Source of the DNA: Nitrospinaceae bacterium
GTDB lineage: Bacteria > Nitrospinota > Nitrospinia > Nitrospinales > Nitrospinaceae
Direction: 5' to 3'
Length of the DNA: 64,000 bases
Assembly: GCA_965223665.1 (NCBI GenBank)
Contig: OZ245011.1
Location: 2,304,001 to 2,368,000, forward strand
Under the pieces are notes generated by a model. That model was not told where the DNA came from. It saw nothing but the letters and a program-made list of their open reading frames with translations, and did no database searches. Every line of letters starts with the position of its first letter. Position 1 is the stretch's first letter. Positions 1 to 10,741 of this stretch are shown piece by piece. The position numbers and the translations under genes were made by a program.

Positions 1-664
1 CGTAAACCTTTAATCGGAACATTTCTGATTGCTGAACTCTTTCAATTTCAATTTCAATTTTGTTCATTCGGTGACGCACTTGAGCGATTTGCTTTAAAAT
101 ATGCGATAACTTTTGGCCAAATGATAGATTTCCATCAGGTTTTCGGCCCGCTTCAAACTCTGTAACGATAGTATTCAATTGTTCCGCATCCAGTAAATTG
201 TACGCTTGATTCAAACGAGCCATTAATGCATGGCGTCGTTCTCGTTCTTCCATGTCAGTGGTTAAATCAGGATGAATTTTTTTAGCTGCTTCACGAAATA
301 TTTTTTTTAGTTCCTCACTGGGTGGGTCTGCGGTTTCACTGGGATCGATTTCATTTTGGAAAGTATAATTTTCTTTACTTTTTCGGGCTTTTTCCTCGGC
401 GGATTTCGCTTGAGATTGAAAATTTTCAGATTCAGGGTTTAACTTTGCAGCTAACTTTAAAATATCCGACTTTAGCCCATCTAATTCAGCAAACTTTTTT
501 CCTACTCGTTGGTTATAAATATGTTCAAATATTGCAACTTCTCTTCGTAAAGTTGATAGAGTAAGTTCCTTCTCAGCTAATTCTTGTTGTAACTGATTTA
601 GTTCAATATTTTTGCGTTTTAATTCTTCCTGGTCTATAGATGCCGAGAGACCTACTGTTTCCAT
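1..664 (-). CDS. Coiled-coil protein with a J-domain (DnaJ-like), 3' end runs off the window
   Basis: Not in the ORF track. Manual translation from ATG at 664 (AGGAG RBS upstream) gives METVGLSASIDQEELKRK...SEELKKIFREAAKKIHPDLTTDMEERERRHALMARLNQAY, with the J-domain HPD motif. Confidence 0.8.
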   Translation of the reverse strand, partial: METVGLSASIDQEELKRKNIELNQLQQELAEKELTLSTLRREVAIFEHIYNQRVGKKFAELDGLKSDILKLAAKLNPESENFQSQAKSAEEKARKSKENYTFQNEIDPSETADPPSEELKKIFREAAKKIHPDLTTDMEERERRHALMARLNQAYNLLDAEQLNTIVTEFEAGRKPDGNLSFGQKLSHILKQIAQVRHRMNKIEIEIERVQQSEMFRLKVY

Positions 665-805
665 TAAAGACTCCTATGAAAACTCGATTAAGTTGTTTCT
701 TTTAAAATTGAATTTTTTCGATAAGATAATATGCTCAAAATATTTGAAACGGAAAATAGGGGATTTCAAATTCTTGAAAGAATCCCTACAAATAGGTAAA
801 CACAT

Positions 806-1657
806 GTGTCCCTTAAAATCAATGATTTAGAGATGATTTCCTTATTCCCAGAAGATTCCGAATTTTTAAAAATAGACACTCGAGGCAAACGGTGGGCCAT
901 TCCTTATAATTTCGAATGTCTAAATGCTCGGGTAGAGAAACTATTGATTGAGAATCAAAAACAAATTCAGGGTAAGCGAATTTTAGACCTGGCTTCCCAC
1001 TTAGGAACTTTTTCTTATGCTGCTTTAAAGTTAGGAGCTTCCTATGTCCAGGGAATTGATACCGAAAATAGTTTAATTGACCAAAGTATAAACTTATTTA
1101 ATAAGCATTCTATAGACTCTTCACTTTATCAATTTAAAGTGGCTAATGCCTTTGAGTTTTTAGAAAAAGCTACTGAGGAAGAGTATGACACCGTTTTCTG
1201 CTTTGGGTTACTTTATTACACCAGCGAACCTTTTCATCTGCTTAAGTTAATGAAACGAGTGGCCAAAAATTGTATTTTGCTGGATACCTTTACTTCATAC
1301 TATGCTGCACTTCAGGGTAAAGACTCCCAAACCATTCTACCCAACATTAAGGACGAAACCCTGGACTTGCCTTTAATGATTGTTAATTTAACGCAATCAG
1401 AGAAAAAAGATTATTCACTGCCGGATGGATTTCAATACAAAAACAAAAATTTAAACATAACTACTTTTACGAGTAAAGCATTATTGGAAATTTGGTTTGA
1501 GTCTTTGAGCTTGCAATATCATTATTTGGATTGGTCCCAATATTATAGAAAAAATTGTCATTGGAGAAATCTGATCACTCCTGAGCAGAAAAAAAATTCG
1601 CATTGGGCGGATGTTTACAGTAGCAAAGTTCGAGTAGCTTATCGCTTAAACAAATAA
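806..1657 (+). CDS. Class I SAM-dependent methyltransferase (CmoB/Methyltransf_9-like)
   Basis: Motif I KRILDLASHLG, VQGID, and YDTVFCFGLLYY. Confidence 0.75.
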   Translation: MSLKINDLEMISLFPEDSEFLKIDTRGKRWAIPYNFECLNARVEKLLIENQKQIQGKRILDLASHLGTFSYAALKLGASYVQGIDTENSLIDQSINLFNKHSIDSSLYQFKVANAFEFLEKATEEEYDTVFCFGLLYYTSEPFHLLKLMKRVAKNCILLDTFTSYYAALQGKDSQTILPNIKDETLDLPLMIVNLTQSEKKDYSLPDGFQYKNKNLNITTFTSKALLEIWFESLSLQYHYLDWSQYYRKNCHWRNLITPEQKKNSHWADVYSSKVRVAYRLNK

Positions 1658-2959
1658 CTACTGAATCGCTCTTTCTCCAGGGGTTACCTGATAAACCTTG
1701 TTTGCTTCAAGTGATATTTTTTCATGCAAATAAACATAAATCCAACGTTTCAATGCCTCTCTTACAAAAGTAAAAGCAAAGTCTCTAAATAAAATTCCCG
1801 GATGTCCTTTTTTAAATGTTTTGTATATAAGTGTGGAGTATTTTACAGCTTGACCGAGACGGTATTTCTTTACCAGCTCCATCATTTCACTATTAAGTAT
1901 CTTATCGGCTGATTCCTTGACCTTTAATATATGCGAATAACGCAAATCCAATATTTTTTGAATTACGGGTTTATTTTTTAAAGCAACTATTTGCTCAGAA
2001 AACTCAGCCAAGGCCAATATCAAATCATATACCCGTGCCTCTTGTAAAGGCTTCTCCGATTCTGGGTAATAATACTGTGCCACATCCTCCACCAATTGCA
2101 CATACAATTGTCTGATTTCACCCCAAGGCATGGGTCGAGGACTAAAAAGAATTCTTTTTCGAGAAGGAGAAATCAATTGACTTAACCCTTCCGGAAAATT
2201 CGCATCCACTTCTCGGTTCGCTGAGGGCAGATCATCCAATTCTTCTAATACATCATCCTTTGGCAACTTAGGCTCTTCCTGATGTTCTCCATAAACTTGA
2301 AGAGCCCATTCACCAACCATTAAATACCAACGGAGCAAAAGAGTTTTAAAAATAAAAATATCTATGGCATGTTTAAACATTGTTAACAACCAAAACACCA
2401 AATCTAAACACCGGACTAATTTGTATACCCATTTCAAAACAAAAATGACTTTGTATTTTGAAACTGCTTTCCCAAACGAAGATTCTTCCCATTGTCTTTT
2501 TTTCTGTAAAGCTTTCACTAAGACCACTAAGTGCCTAATTCGAAATTGTGTTAAGGATTGGATTCCTTTAATTTTTATAAGAGATTGAATATTCATTTGG
2601 ATTTCTAAAAATACCTGAAAACTTTGTCCAATCCTTGCCTCATTCAACGGTTCTTTGGATTTGGGATAAAAAATTCTAGCTATTTCTTCAACCAAACTCC
2701 GAGTATTAACCCCTATAAACAGATCTTCTTCTTTCAAGAACCATCTTGATTTAAGGGCTTCAGCATGTTGAAGAGAAATGAATAAGGCTTTCTTTTTTTG
2801 GGGATCCTTCGAAAAATGAAAGCGCTCTTTTAGACGGGTTGTCTGCTTTTTATTCATCCAGCGAATTTTTAATATTCCAAGCCCTCGTAGCAAAAACCAT
2901 AAAAGACTGGAAAATATTAACCCCGCTGCAATTATGAAAATTAAATTCCAAATGTCCAT
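1658..2959 (-). CDS. Hypothetical membrane-anchored protein with an internal duplication
   Basis: N-terminal TM helix; two copies of an LVE-x-[IV]A-xxx-YP-x-S-xx-PL-x-EAR module. Confidence 0.65.
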   Translation of the reverse strand: MDIWNLIFIIAAGLIFSSLLWFLLRGLGILKIRWMNKKQTTRLKERFHFSKDPQKKKALFISLQHAEALKSRWFLKEEDLFIGVNTRSLVEEIARIFYPKSKEPLNEARIGQSFQVFLEIQMNIQSLIKIKGIQSLTQFRIRHLVVLVKALQKKRQWEESSFGKAVSKYKVIFVLKWVYKLVRCLDLVFWLLTMFKHAIDIFIFKTLLLRWYLMVGEWALQVYGEHQEEPKLPKDDVLEELDDLPSANREVDANFPEGLSQLISPSRKRILFSPRPMPWGEIRQLYVQLVEDVAQYYYPESEKPLQEARVYDLILALAEFSEQIVALKNKPVIQKILDLRYSHILKVKESADKILNSEMMELVKKYRLGQAVKYSTLIYKTFKKGHPGILFRDFAFTFVREALKRWIYVYLHEKISLEANKVYQVTPGERAIQ

Positions 2960-3117
2960 ATCATCTTTTAAGCAATTACACTCATTTAATGAAACCCTCT
3001 ACATTTATAAATATGGTGGACAAAGTATAGAAATGTTATAGTTTTATTCAATTGAGAAAGAATTGCCTTAAAAAAATGGCTTTTTTAAAATACCAACATC
3101 ATTATTAAAGGCAGCAA

Positions 3118-3540
3118 ATGCCTAATTTAAACCAATGGTTATATTTTCTTATTCTTGTTAGTCTTCTGATTATTTTACCTAACTGTACAGATAAAACGAG
3201 TAAGGAATTAGTTGCAGAAGGTTGGGATGAAATTGATCATGACAATTTTAAGGCCGCGGAACACTCATTTCAGCAAGCCCTCAATAAAAAACCCAAAAAC
3301 GCAGAAGCCTATTATGGTCTTGGAACAGTATACAATGTTATAAAAAGGTTTGAAGACGCTGAAATCGCTTTAAAAAAAGCTGTGAGACTGGATCCTACAT
3401 ATGTTGATGCTCATTATAGCTTAGGTTATCTTTATGAACAAATGGGCAAAGAGCAGGAAGCTCGAAAACATTATTCTATGTATAACCGGTTAAAGAAAAA
3501 AAAGGAACAATTGCAAAAGGAGGTAAAGGAGAAACTTTGA
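3118..3540 (+). CDS. TPR-repeat protein, probable lipoprotein
   Basis: Hydrophobic N-terminus ending in Cys; TPR motifs AEAYYGLG and DAHYSLG. Confidence 0.8.
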   Translation: MPNLNQWLYFLILVSLLIILPNCTDKTSKELVAEGWDEIDHDNFKAAEHSFQQALNKKPKNAEAYYGLGTVYNVIKRFEDAEIALKKAVRLDPTYVDAHYSLGYLYEQMGKEQEARKHYSMYNRLKKKKEQLQKEVKEKL

Positions 3541-4460
3541 AAAAAATACTAATTGGTGGATTGGCTTTTGCTTTTTTTTTAGGATGCTCTTCTAAACCCT
3601 TAAAACCATCCCAACCTTCATCAAAGCCCAATAGCTCTTCCAAAAAAGCCAAGGCATTATCCTCTAAAATTATTCCGAAACCTTATGCACCCAAACAACA
3701 GAAAAATTTTCCAAAAAAAGAAAAGGGGTTTTTAAAACCTAACCCAAAAACAAAAAGCTCACATTCAATTTCTTTACCAACAAAATTAAACGTCAAAGAC
3801 CACTCCATTCTAGTGCGAGTTCCCAAAGGAAAATATTTTGTCACAAAAGGAAAAACCATTATTTCTGACAATAAAAAACCTAAAGCTCAATATGGTTTCC
3901 AACTTATTCCCGAATTTTTCATCGATCTTCATGAAATAACGGTTGAGCAATATAAACTGTTTAATCCCGACTACGATGAATCTGTTTATAATAAGGGCGA
4001 ACCTTGCCCACAATGTCCAGTTGTCGCTGTTGATTGGCTAACCGCACTTGAATATTGCAAATGGGCCGATAAAAGACTTCCCTCAGAAATGGAATGGGAG
4101 GCTGCAGCTCGGGGCTCCACTCGGCGGCAATTTCCCTGGGGAGACCAGTATTCATCCAAATTTGCAAATCTTGTAGGCAAAGAGGATGGATTTCTCGGAT
4201 TAGCTCCCGTGGGGCAATTCCCTCTAGGGGTAAGTCCTTTTGGGGTTATGGATATGACAGGAAATCTTTGGGAATGGGTAAACACTCCTGCCACAGTTAT
4301 CAATAATAAATCTGAAGAACCTTCATCGGACTCAACGCAGTTTTTTTGGGTTAAAGGAGGAAGCTGGCGAAGTCTTCCCAAGGAAGCCACTATCTCTAAT
4401 CGAATTAAAATGGAAAGTACGGTACAAAATCCCAGTATTGGATTTCGCTGTGTAAAATAG
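3537..4460 (+). CDS. FGE-sulfatase (SUMF1/EgtB/PvdO family) domain lipoprotein
   Basis: Lipobox FLGC; FFIDLHEIT, RLPSEMEWEAAARG, DMTGNLWEW and GFRC motifs. Confidence 0.85.
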   Translation: MKKILIGGLAFAFFLGCSSKPLKPSQPSSKPNSSSKKAKALSSKIIPKPYAPKQQKNFPKKEKGFLKPNPKTKSSHSISLPTKLNVKDHSILVRVPKGKYFVTKGKTIISDNKKPKAQYGFQLIPEFFIDLHEITVEQYKLFNPDYDESVYNKGEPCPQCPVVAVDWLTALEYCKWADKRLPSEMEWEAAARGSTRRQFPWGDQYSSKFANLVGKEDGFLGLAPVGQFPLGVSPFGVMDMTGNLWEWVNTPATVINNKSEEPSSDSTQFFWVKGGSWRSLPKEATISNRIKMESTVQNPSIGFRCVK

Positions 4461-4479
4461 TGGGTGCTTAGTAATCCCC

Positions 4480-4531
4480 AAAAAAAGAAAAAGCCAGATC
4501 CTTACTCTGGCAGGTGAAGTAAGGATCTGGC
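4480..4531 (-). terminator. Rho-independent terminator for nrdJ
   Basis: 14-bp perfect stem GCCAGATCCTTACT (4493-4506) / AGTAAGGATCTGGC (4518-4531), with an A-rich tract at 4480-4492 that reads as a U-tract on the minus strand. Confidence 0.75.
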
Positions 4532-4572
4532 CCTTAAAATGTAGGGAACCCAAGCCTGTTGGCGGGTGAGGT

Positions 4573-7500
4573 TTATGAACAGCCCGAGGTCGCCCCACAG
4601 GATAAACACTTCAAACATGTTCCATTGCGGACTAATGTTAATTGTCCACATTCACCACACGGATCTCCTTCATATCCTTTCAACTTCGCTAAAGTTGCCG
4701 AATCTTCCTTTTGGTAAACACCGCTAGTCGGTAAAATTAGCGTCTCCGGTTCTTGGAATGCCAATGCTCCATTCCCATTTCCGCTATTCCCGTTTTCATT
4801 TTCCTGAGAAATAATTCGAGTAGGAGATTTTAATTGGATTGGTTCTTCTTCTTCATTTCTATTATTGATTGGAGAAGCGTTAACTATCTCATCGTCTAAG
4901 CCTACTTCCTCATTTCTTTGAATTGCGTCAGACCGCAAATCATCGGGAGTTACCTGGGCAAGATCACTCCTACCCAGGTATGTGATGGCAAGCTCCCTAA
5001 AAATATAATCAATGGTGGAGGTAGCCATTGTAATGGAATCATTCCCTTGAACAATTCCATTGGGCTCAAAACGAGTAAACACAAACGCATCCACAAACTC
5101 TTCTAGCGGGACTCCATGTTGCAATCCAAGAGAAATGGAAATCGCGAAGCAATTCATCAAGCTTCGATAAGCAGCACCTTCTTTGTGCATATCAATAAAA
5201 ATTTCACCTAAAGAACCGTCTTCATACTCACCTGTTCTCAAATAAACTTTATGACCACCCACAACAGATTTTTGGGTATATCCTTTTCGGCGAAATGGCA
5301 GGGAACGCCTTTTCTTTTGTTCCCATACAACTTTCACTAATTTCTCGGCAACTTTTAATGGTTCGCCACTTTCAATTTCCTCAAGATCTTCTAAATCAAA
5401 TTCCTCCTTGGCAACAGAATTTAGGGGTTGGCTTAATTTAGAACCATCTCGATAAACAGCCGTTCCCTTAAGCATTAATTTCCAAGAAAGCATATGAGAA
5501 GCCTCAACTTCTTCAATCGTAGATTCATTTGGCATATTAATGGTCTTAGAAATAGCTCCAGAAATAAACGGCTGAGCCGCAGCCATTTTATTAATATGCG
5601 CTTGGTGGCGAATGAATCGTTTGCCATATTTTCCACATTTATTTGCACAATCAAACACTGGATAATGTTCTGATTTCAAATGGGGTGCATTTTCAATGGT
5701 CATTGTTCCACAAATATAATCATTAGCTTTTTGAATTTCTTCCTCAGCAAATCCAATATGCTCAAGCAAATTGAAATCGAATTGATTCAACTGGTCTTCG
5801 CTGATTTTAAGTACCTCTTTACAAAACTCCGCACCTAAAGTGAATTGATTAAATGCAAAAGTGATATCAAATACTTTCGCCAACTCCTCTTCCACACGAT
5901 TCAAAATTTCCTTGGTAAACCCTTTTTCGCCCAGTGACTCACGATTAATAATGGGAGAAGATTCCAGGTTGGGAACTCCAACACAATAATCGATAATGTC
6001 ATCAATCTGGTGTTGAGGATAACCAAGTTTTTTAAGAGCCAATGGAACCGAGTGGTTGATTATTTTGAAATAACCGCCACCAGCTAATTTTTTATATTTA
6101 ACCAAAGCAAAATCAGGTTCAATTCCTGTGGTATCACAATCCATCAATAAACCAATAGTACCGGTTGGGGCAATACAGGTAACTTGAGCATTTCGAAATC
6201 CGTGTTTTTTACCTAACGCTACAGCCTGTTCCCAATTCTTTATAGCTGAGTCTTTAAGATAATTTGGGCAAAATTCCGGATCAATACCTTGAGGAAAAAT
6301 AGTCAAGCTCTCATACTCGTGCGGATCACAGTTCTTTGCAGCCCTGTAATGGTTTCGAATAACTCTTAGCATAGGGTTTTTATTTTCCTTAAACCTTGGG
6401 AATGGGCCCACTTCAGCAGCTATTTCCGCTGAGGTACTATATGCCTTTCCAGTCATGATTGCAGTAATGGCTCCTGTAATTGCTTGCCCCTCCTTAGAAT
6501 CATAAGGAATCCCAGAAACCATGAGCAACGCTCCTAAGTTGGCATAACCTAAACCAAGGGTACGATATTCATAACTTCTCTCCGCAATTGACTTATTGGG
6601 AAACTGGGCCATAGTCACGGAAATTTCCAGAGCCAAAGTCCATAGCCGACAAGCTTCTTCAAATCGTTCTACTTCAAATTCACCCGAAGATTCGTCATAA
6701 AATTTCATTAAATTGATGGAGGCCAAATTACAAGCCGTATTGTCTAAAAACATATATTCTGAGCAAGGATTGGATGCATTAATTCTTCCATCTTTCGGAC
6801 AGGTATGCCATTCGTTGATGGTTGTATCAAATTGCAATCCCGGATCAGCAGAAGCCCAAGCAGACTCGTTAACCCTTCTCCATAAATCACGCGCTTTTAC
6901 AGTTTTAGTCACCTTTCCGGTGGTCCTGGCTGTCAAATGCCATTCTTCATCATTTTCAACAGCGCGCAAAAATTCATTATTCAACCTCACAGAGTTATTT
7001 GAGTTTTGCCCGGAAACTGTTTGATAGGCCTCGGAAGTCCAATTGGTATCGTATTCTTCAAACTCAATATCTTTAGCTCCCTGTTGAGCTAGTTGAATTA
7101 CACGGTAAAGATAATTTTCTGGAACAAAATTTTTAACCGCTTCTCGGACTGCTTTCTTCAATTTTTTATTTGCTTTAATATTAAAGCGCTCTGAATCATT
7201 GTCCCAAGCCCAGCAGGCCTGAACCACATTTTTAAGGTGATTCTTACAAACCTTACTTCCCGTGGCCAAAGCCGCAACTTTTCTTTCTTCTTTAACCTTC
7301 CATTCAATAAACTCTTCTACATCCGGATGATCAATATCTAAGGTGACCATCTTGGCCGCTCGGCGAGTTGTCCCCCCAGATTTAATCGCCCCGGCCGCAC
7401 GATCTCCAATCTTTAAAAAACTCATTAATCCTGAAGAATTACCTCCTCCAGAAAGGGATTCACCTGCTCCACGTAAAAGAGAAAAGTTAGTCCCGGTACC

Positions 7501-8187
7501 AGAGCCATATTTAAACAGACGGGCCTCTTGGTTCCATAAATCCATGATCCCACCCTCATTGACTAAATCATCCTTTATAGAAAGGATAAAGCAAGCGTGG
7601 GGCTGTGGACGCTCATACGCATTTGTAGAACGCTCCGGAATCCCTTTTTCCGGGTTCACAAAATAATGACCCTGTGCCGGACCTTCAATTCCATAAGCCC
7701 AATTCAATCCTGTGTTAAACCATTGAGGGGAGTTAGGGGCTGCATATTGATTGGCTAGAATGAAGCACATTTCGTCAAAATAATTTTTTGCAGATTCCTC
7801 ATTATCGAAGTAGCCGTATTTCCACCCCCAATAAGTCCAGCAACCAGCTAATCGATTAAATACTTGTCTGGAATCTCTTTCACGGCCAAACCGCTCAGAT
7901 TCTGGCATTTGTGACAACGCCACTAAATCTGGCTCGGAGGGACATAACCATTCGGGGCAACCCTCTTCGTTTCGTTTACGAGTCCGTGCAGGAACACCCG
8001 CTTTCCTAAAATATTTTTGTGCCATGATATCCACGGCAACTTGAGACCAGTTTTCAGGAACCATGACCCCATCAATTTCGGAAACTACAGAACCATCAGA
8101 ATTTGTAATTTTGGAGACTCTTTCTACAAATTTTATTTTTCCATAGGGATTTTTAGGGTCTTTGGCAAATTGGCGGGTTATATTCAT
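4573..8187 (-). CDS. nrdJ: Adenosylcobalamin-dependent (class II) ribonucleotide reductase
   Basis: [21 protein letters not shown] (thiyl radical Cys), APTGTI, C-terminal TSCPD-like region and CxxC...CxxC zinc ribbon ending SGCS. Confidence 0.95.
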   Translation of the reverse strand: MNITRQFAKDPKNPYGKIKFVERVSKITNSDGSVVSEIDGVMVPENWSQVAVDIMAQKYFRKAGVPARTRKRNEEGCPEWLCPSEPDLVALSQMPESERFGRERDSRQVFNRLAGCWTYWGWKYGYFDNEESAKNYFDEMCFILANQYAAPNSPQWFNTGLNWAYGIEGPAQGHYFVNPEKGIPERSTNAYERPQPHACFILSIKDDLVNEGGIMDLWNQEARLFKYGSGTGTNFSLLRGAGESLSGGGNSSGLMSFLKIGDRAAGAIKSGGTTRRAAKMVTLDIDHPDVEEFIEWKVKEERKVAALATGSKVCKNHLKNVVQACWAWDNDSERFNIKANKKLKKAVREAVKNFVPENYLYRVIQLAQQGAKDIEFEEYDTNWTSEAYQTVSGQNSNNSVRLNNEFLRAVENDEEWHLTARTTGKVTKTVKARDLWRRVNESAWASADPGLQFDTTINEWHTCPKDGRINASNPCSEYMFLDNTACNLASINLMKFYDESSGEFEVERFEEACRLWTLALEISVTMAQFPNKSIAERSYEYRTLGLGYANLGALLMVSGIPYDSKEGQAITGAITAIMTGKAYSTSAEIAAEVGPFPRFKENKNPMLRVIRNHYRAAKNCDPHEYESLTIFPQGIDPEFCPNYLKDSAIKNWEQAVALGKKHGFRNAQVTCIAPTGTIGLLMDCDTTGIEPDFALVKYKKLAGGGYFKIINHSVPLALKKLGYPQHQIDDIIDYCVGVPNLESSPIINRESLGEKGFTKEILNRVEEELAKVFDITFAFNQFTLGAEFCKEVLKISEDQLNQFDFNLLEHIGFAEEEIQKANDYICGTMTIENAPHLKSEHYPVFDCANKCGKYGKRFIRHQAHINKMAAAQPFISGAISKTINMPNESTIEEVEASHMLSWKLMLKGTAVYRDGSKLSQPLNSVAKEEFDLEDLEEIESGEPLKVAEKLVKVVWEQKKRRSLPFRRKGYTQKSVVGGHKVYLRTGEYEDGSLGEIFIDMHKEGAAYRSLMNCFAISISLGLQHGVPLEEFVDAFVFTRFEPNGIVQGNDSITMATSTIDYIFRELAITYLGRSDLAQVTPDDLRSDAIQRNEEVGLDDEIVNASPINNRNEEEEPIQLKSPTRIISQENENGNSGNGNGALAFQEPETLILPTSGVYQKEDSATLAKLKGYEGDPCGECGQLTLVRNGTCLKCLSCGATSGCS

Positions 8188-8260
8188 GGGATAATTTAAA
8201 GAATAGGTGTTAAATTATTGAATCTTCTAAGTAATATAAAGACTCATAAATGATTTATCC

Positions 8261-8315
8261 ATCACTACATTTTGTAGTGATTTGTGTAGATTAGCACTAC
8301 ATATTGCGTTGTCAA
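8261..8315 (-). promoter_or_regulatory. Tandem NrdR boxes overlapping the sigma70 promoter of nrdJ
   Basis: Cores CTACATTTTG (8265-8274) and CTACATATTG (8297-8306), 32 bp apart, resemble the NrdR core CwAtATaTwG. On the minus strand: TTGACA (8315-8310), 16-nt spacer ending in TGC, then TAATCT. Confidence 0.8.
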
Positions 8316-8604
8316 TAGAATTTTGGAAAAACAGTGGTTCCCTTCTAGGAAGGCATTTGAATCAAAGGACTTTCCCGTTTAACTTTTTTTTTGGAAAACC
8401 GAGAGGAAAGCCAAAATTTTCTCCCTTACACCAAAACCCATTGAATTTTAAAGCTTTTTTAAACATCACAACTGTTTGGGACTTAAATTATGGGAGAATT
8501 TTACCCTTGCAGTAATCAAACCTTTTATTTAAAACCTGATCGGCGATAATACCTATAAAAACTTCTATATTTAAGGACTTTAGAGGGGGGACGATAGAAA
8601 ATGC

Positions 8605-10050
8605 CTAATTTTCTATCAATTCAATATCTACTTTTCCTATAAATTCATTTAGTTTTAGCGATCCTTCATTATTTCCTTCGGAAAGCTTTATATGAGTCGC
8701 ATCAACTTTTGGTTGCCCTAAAGTAGGATCCAGGGCTCGCCATTCGCCTACAAAAACTTCTGGCCAAGCATGGTACATAAAACCTTTATATTCTTTAGAG
8801 TAAACCAAACCATTGACTACTTTTGAAGGAATTCCTGCAGCCCTTGCCAAAGCAACAAATAAGTTAGTGTGAGATTGGCACTCACCTTTTCGACTGTTAA
8901 GTGCATCCACCGCAGTAAAAGCATCCGCTAATTTTTTCTCCAAATTACTATATACCCAAAGATTGATGGACAAAGCCACTTTCCACGGATCCTTTTCATT
9001 AGATTTAAGTTCTTTCGCCAACATTTTTATCATTGGATGGTTGGACTGTATTTGTGAAGTGTCCTGGGAATACTCAGCTTTTACTTCTTGATTTAAAGGA
9101 AACCCGTTTTCATTAGTGGTCTTTCTTCTTTCACTCTGAATTTGAATAGTAGTTTCAAAAGTTCCTTTTTCGTTTTTCTTAACATTTAAAACTTTTTGTC
9201 GGTGATCCTGCGGTATGGACTCAGGAGTTTGGACATTACTCAACTTCACAAGGAGTTGATCTAATTTATAGGGTCTGGGAATTTCTTTTTGAGGCTTGAC
9301 CAAACTCAGAGTAATAAAGCTGCTCATAGACATAGTTTCTTTCAATTCTTGAGCTTCTTCTTCGGTTTCATTTCGCGATTCTAATCCTTGAGCGGTCAAC
9401 TCCCTTACCAGAGTTCCATCCTCTGTTACCCATAAGGTCAAATCCAATCCGGCATATTGCTGTTTTAAAACATAAGCAGACACCTGCTGACCACGAAAAG
9501 AAATCATTTCTTTGCGAACCACTTCATAAGTCATTGGAGTTACAGTTTGAAATGGTTCTACAAATAAATTAATTTCTTTTTTTTGCCCAACCTTAAAACC
9601 CGTTCTCAACATATTTAGCCAAACGGTTGCGGCTGGAACAGTCCCTTCAGGAAAATCTATTTTTCGCTCTTTTTGATAACCACTTGTAGCAATATCCATA
9701 ACAAGCTGGTCCTTTTTAACCTTTGCATCAATTTTTTGTCGATTTCCAGATATTTCCTGTAATAGAGAAAAGCTTTTTAATTGAAGATCAGGGGTAAGTT
9801 TTGTTTCTTGGGTAATAGTCGTGACTTGCTCTACGCCTGCAGCCTTCAGGCGGAAATATGTATGAGTGGATACTCGAATTTCATCCTTAACTACGCGGAC
9901 CCGTCCATGATTAAAACCTAATTTGTTTCCATTAAGATAAGTCCCCGACCAATCATCACGATCTACAATGGGAATTGCATTTACAGGAATGGTCCAAAGA
10001 AACATTCCAAAAAAAAGACAAAATCCAAATAATCCAATCTGCTTTTTCAT
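8605..10050 (-). CDS. Secreted transglutaminase-like domain protein
   Basis: Signal peptide; Cys-His-Asp triad motifs GECQSH, YHAWPEV and RALDPT; ATG at 10050 preferred to TTG at 10056. Confidence 0.85.
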   Translation of the reverse strand: MKKQIGLFGFCLFFGMFLWTIPVNAIPIVDRDDWSGTYLNGNKLGFNHGRVRVVKDEIRVSTHTYFRLKAAGVEQVTTITQETKLTPDLQLKSFSLLQEISGNRQKIDAKVKKDQLVMDIATSGYQKERKIDFPEGTVPAATVWLNMLRTGFKVGQKKEINLFVEPFQTVTPMTYEVVRKEMISFRGQQVSAYVLKQQYAGLDLTLWVTEDGTLVRELTAQGLESRNETEEEAQELKETMSMSSFITLSLVKPQKEIPRPYKLDQLLVKLSNVQTPESIPQDHRQKVLNVKKNEKGTFETTIQIQSERRKTTNENGFPLNQEVKAEYSQDTSQIQSNHPMIKMLAKELKSNEKDPWKVALSINLWVYSNLEKKLADAFTAVDALNSRKGECQSHTNLFVALARAAGIPSKVVNGLVYSKEYKGFMYHAWPEVFVGEWRALDPTLGQPKVDATHIKLSEGNNEGSLKLNEFIGKVDIELIEN

Positions 10051-10121
10051 ATCCAACAGATTAACTCAGGGGAGCTCCAGGGGCAACAACGTTTAACGAA
10101 TTCCAACTATAAGTGAGAATA

Positions 10122-10535
10122 TTATTGAGACTGATATTTTTTGCGAATTCGCTCTTCGTTTAAACGTTTGTTATCTATCAACTGATCAATGATTTGTTTT
10201 TGCTGCTGGCGGGAAGCTTTCATTATTTTGTCCGCTTCTTTGTAATATTGATTCCTAAACTGTCTTTTTTCATAAGGATCACGCGTACTATTGACATTCT
10301 TTCTCAGTTCTTTTTTGAGTGCATTGAATTTTTTTACCCGTGCCGCTTGAAGTTCTCTCCGTTTTTGCCTGATTTCCCTTTGGGATCGAATTTCCTCTTG
10401 GCGCAACTCCTTAAGCATGGCTTGTCGCTTGGCATGGGGGGTCATGGCCTGAGCTTGTAAACTGGAAGAAAAAAAAATGAAACCCAAAAATAAAGTCAAT
10501 ATTGTAATACGTAAGCAATTATTAAAACTTTTCAT
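10122..10535 (-). CDS. Hypothetical secreted, basic coiled-coil protein
   Basis: Signal peptide ending AQA; K/R/Q-rich helical body. Confidence 0.6.
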   Translation of the reverse strand: MKSFNNCLRITILTLFLGFIFFSSSLQAQAMTPHAKRQAMLKELRQEEIRSQREIRQKRRELQAARVKKFNALKKELRKNVNSTRDPYEKRQFRNQYYKEADKIMKASRQQQKQIIDQLIDNKRLNEERIRKKYQSQ

Positions 10536-10741
10536 AAGAGCCCTTCGAAAGTTGGGATGGAAGGTAGTAATTATAATATAAAAATTCTCAACTATTTCCC
10601 ATTAATCCAAAGCGTTTTTTCAAGAAAAATTTATGTCGCTCTTGTGCTAAGCCGGTGGTAAGATATTCGATTTAATTGATGCAGGGATTCTCCCTGTAAA
10701 ACATAAAATAAGTATTTTAATTCGATCTTACGACCTAATTT

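Noticed and set aside
322-830. Short plus-strand ORFs 322-564 and 612-830
   Set aside because: They overlap the minus-strand J-domain gene and its upstream region, and show no protein-like features.
4573-8600. Intein in NrdJ or a cobalamin riboswitch upstream
   Set aside because: No intein splice or LAGLIDADG motifs were recognised, and the leader is AT-rich with NrdR boxes and no riboswitch-like core.
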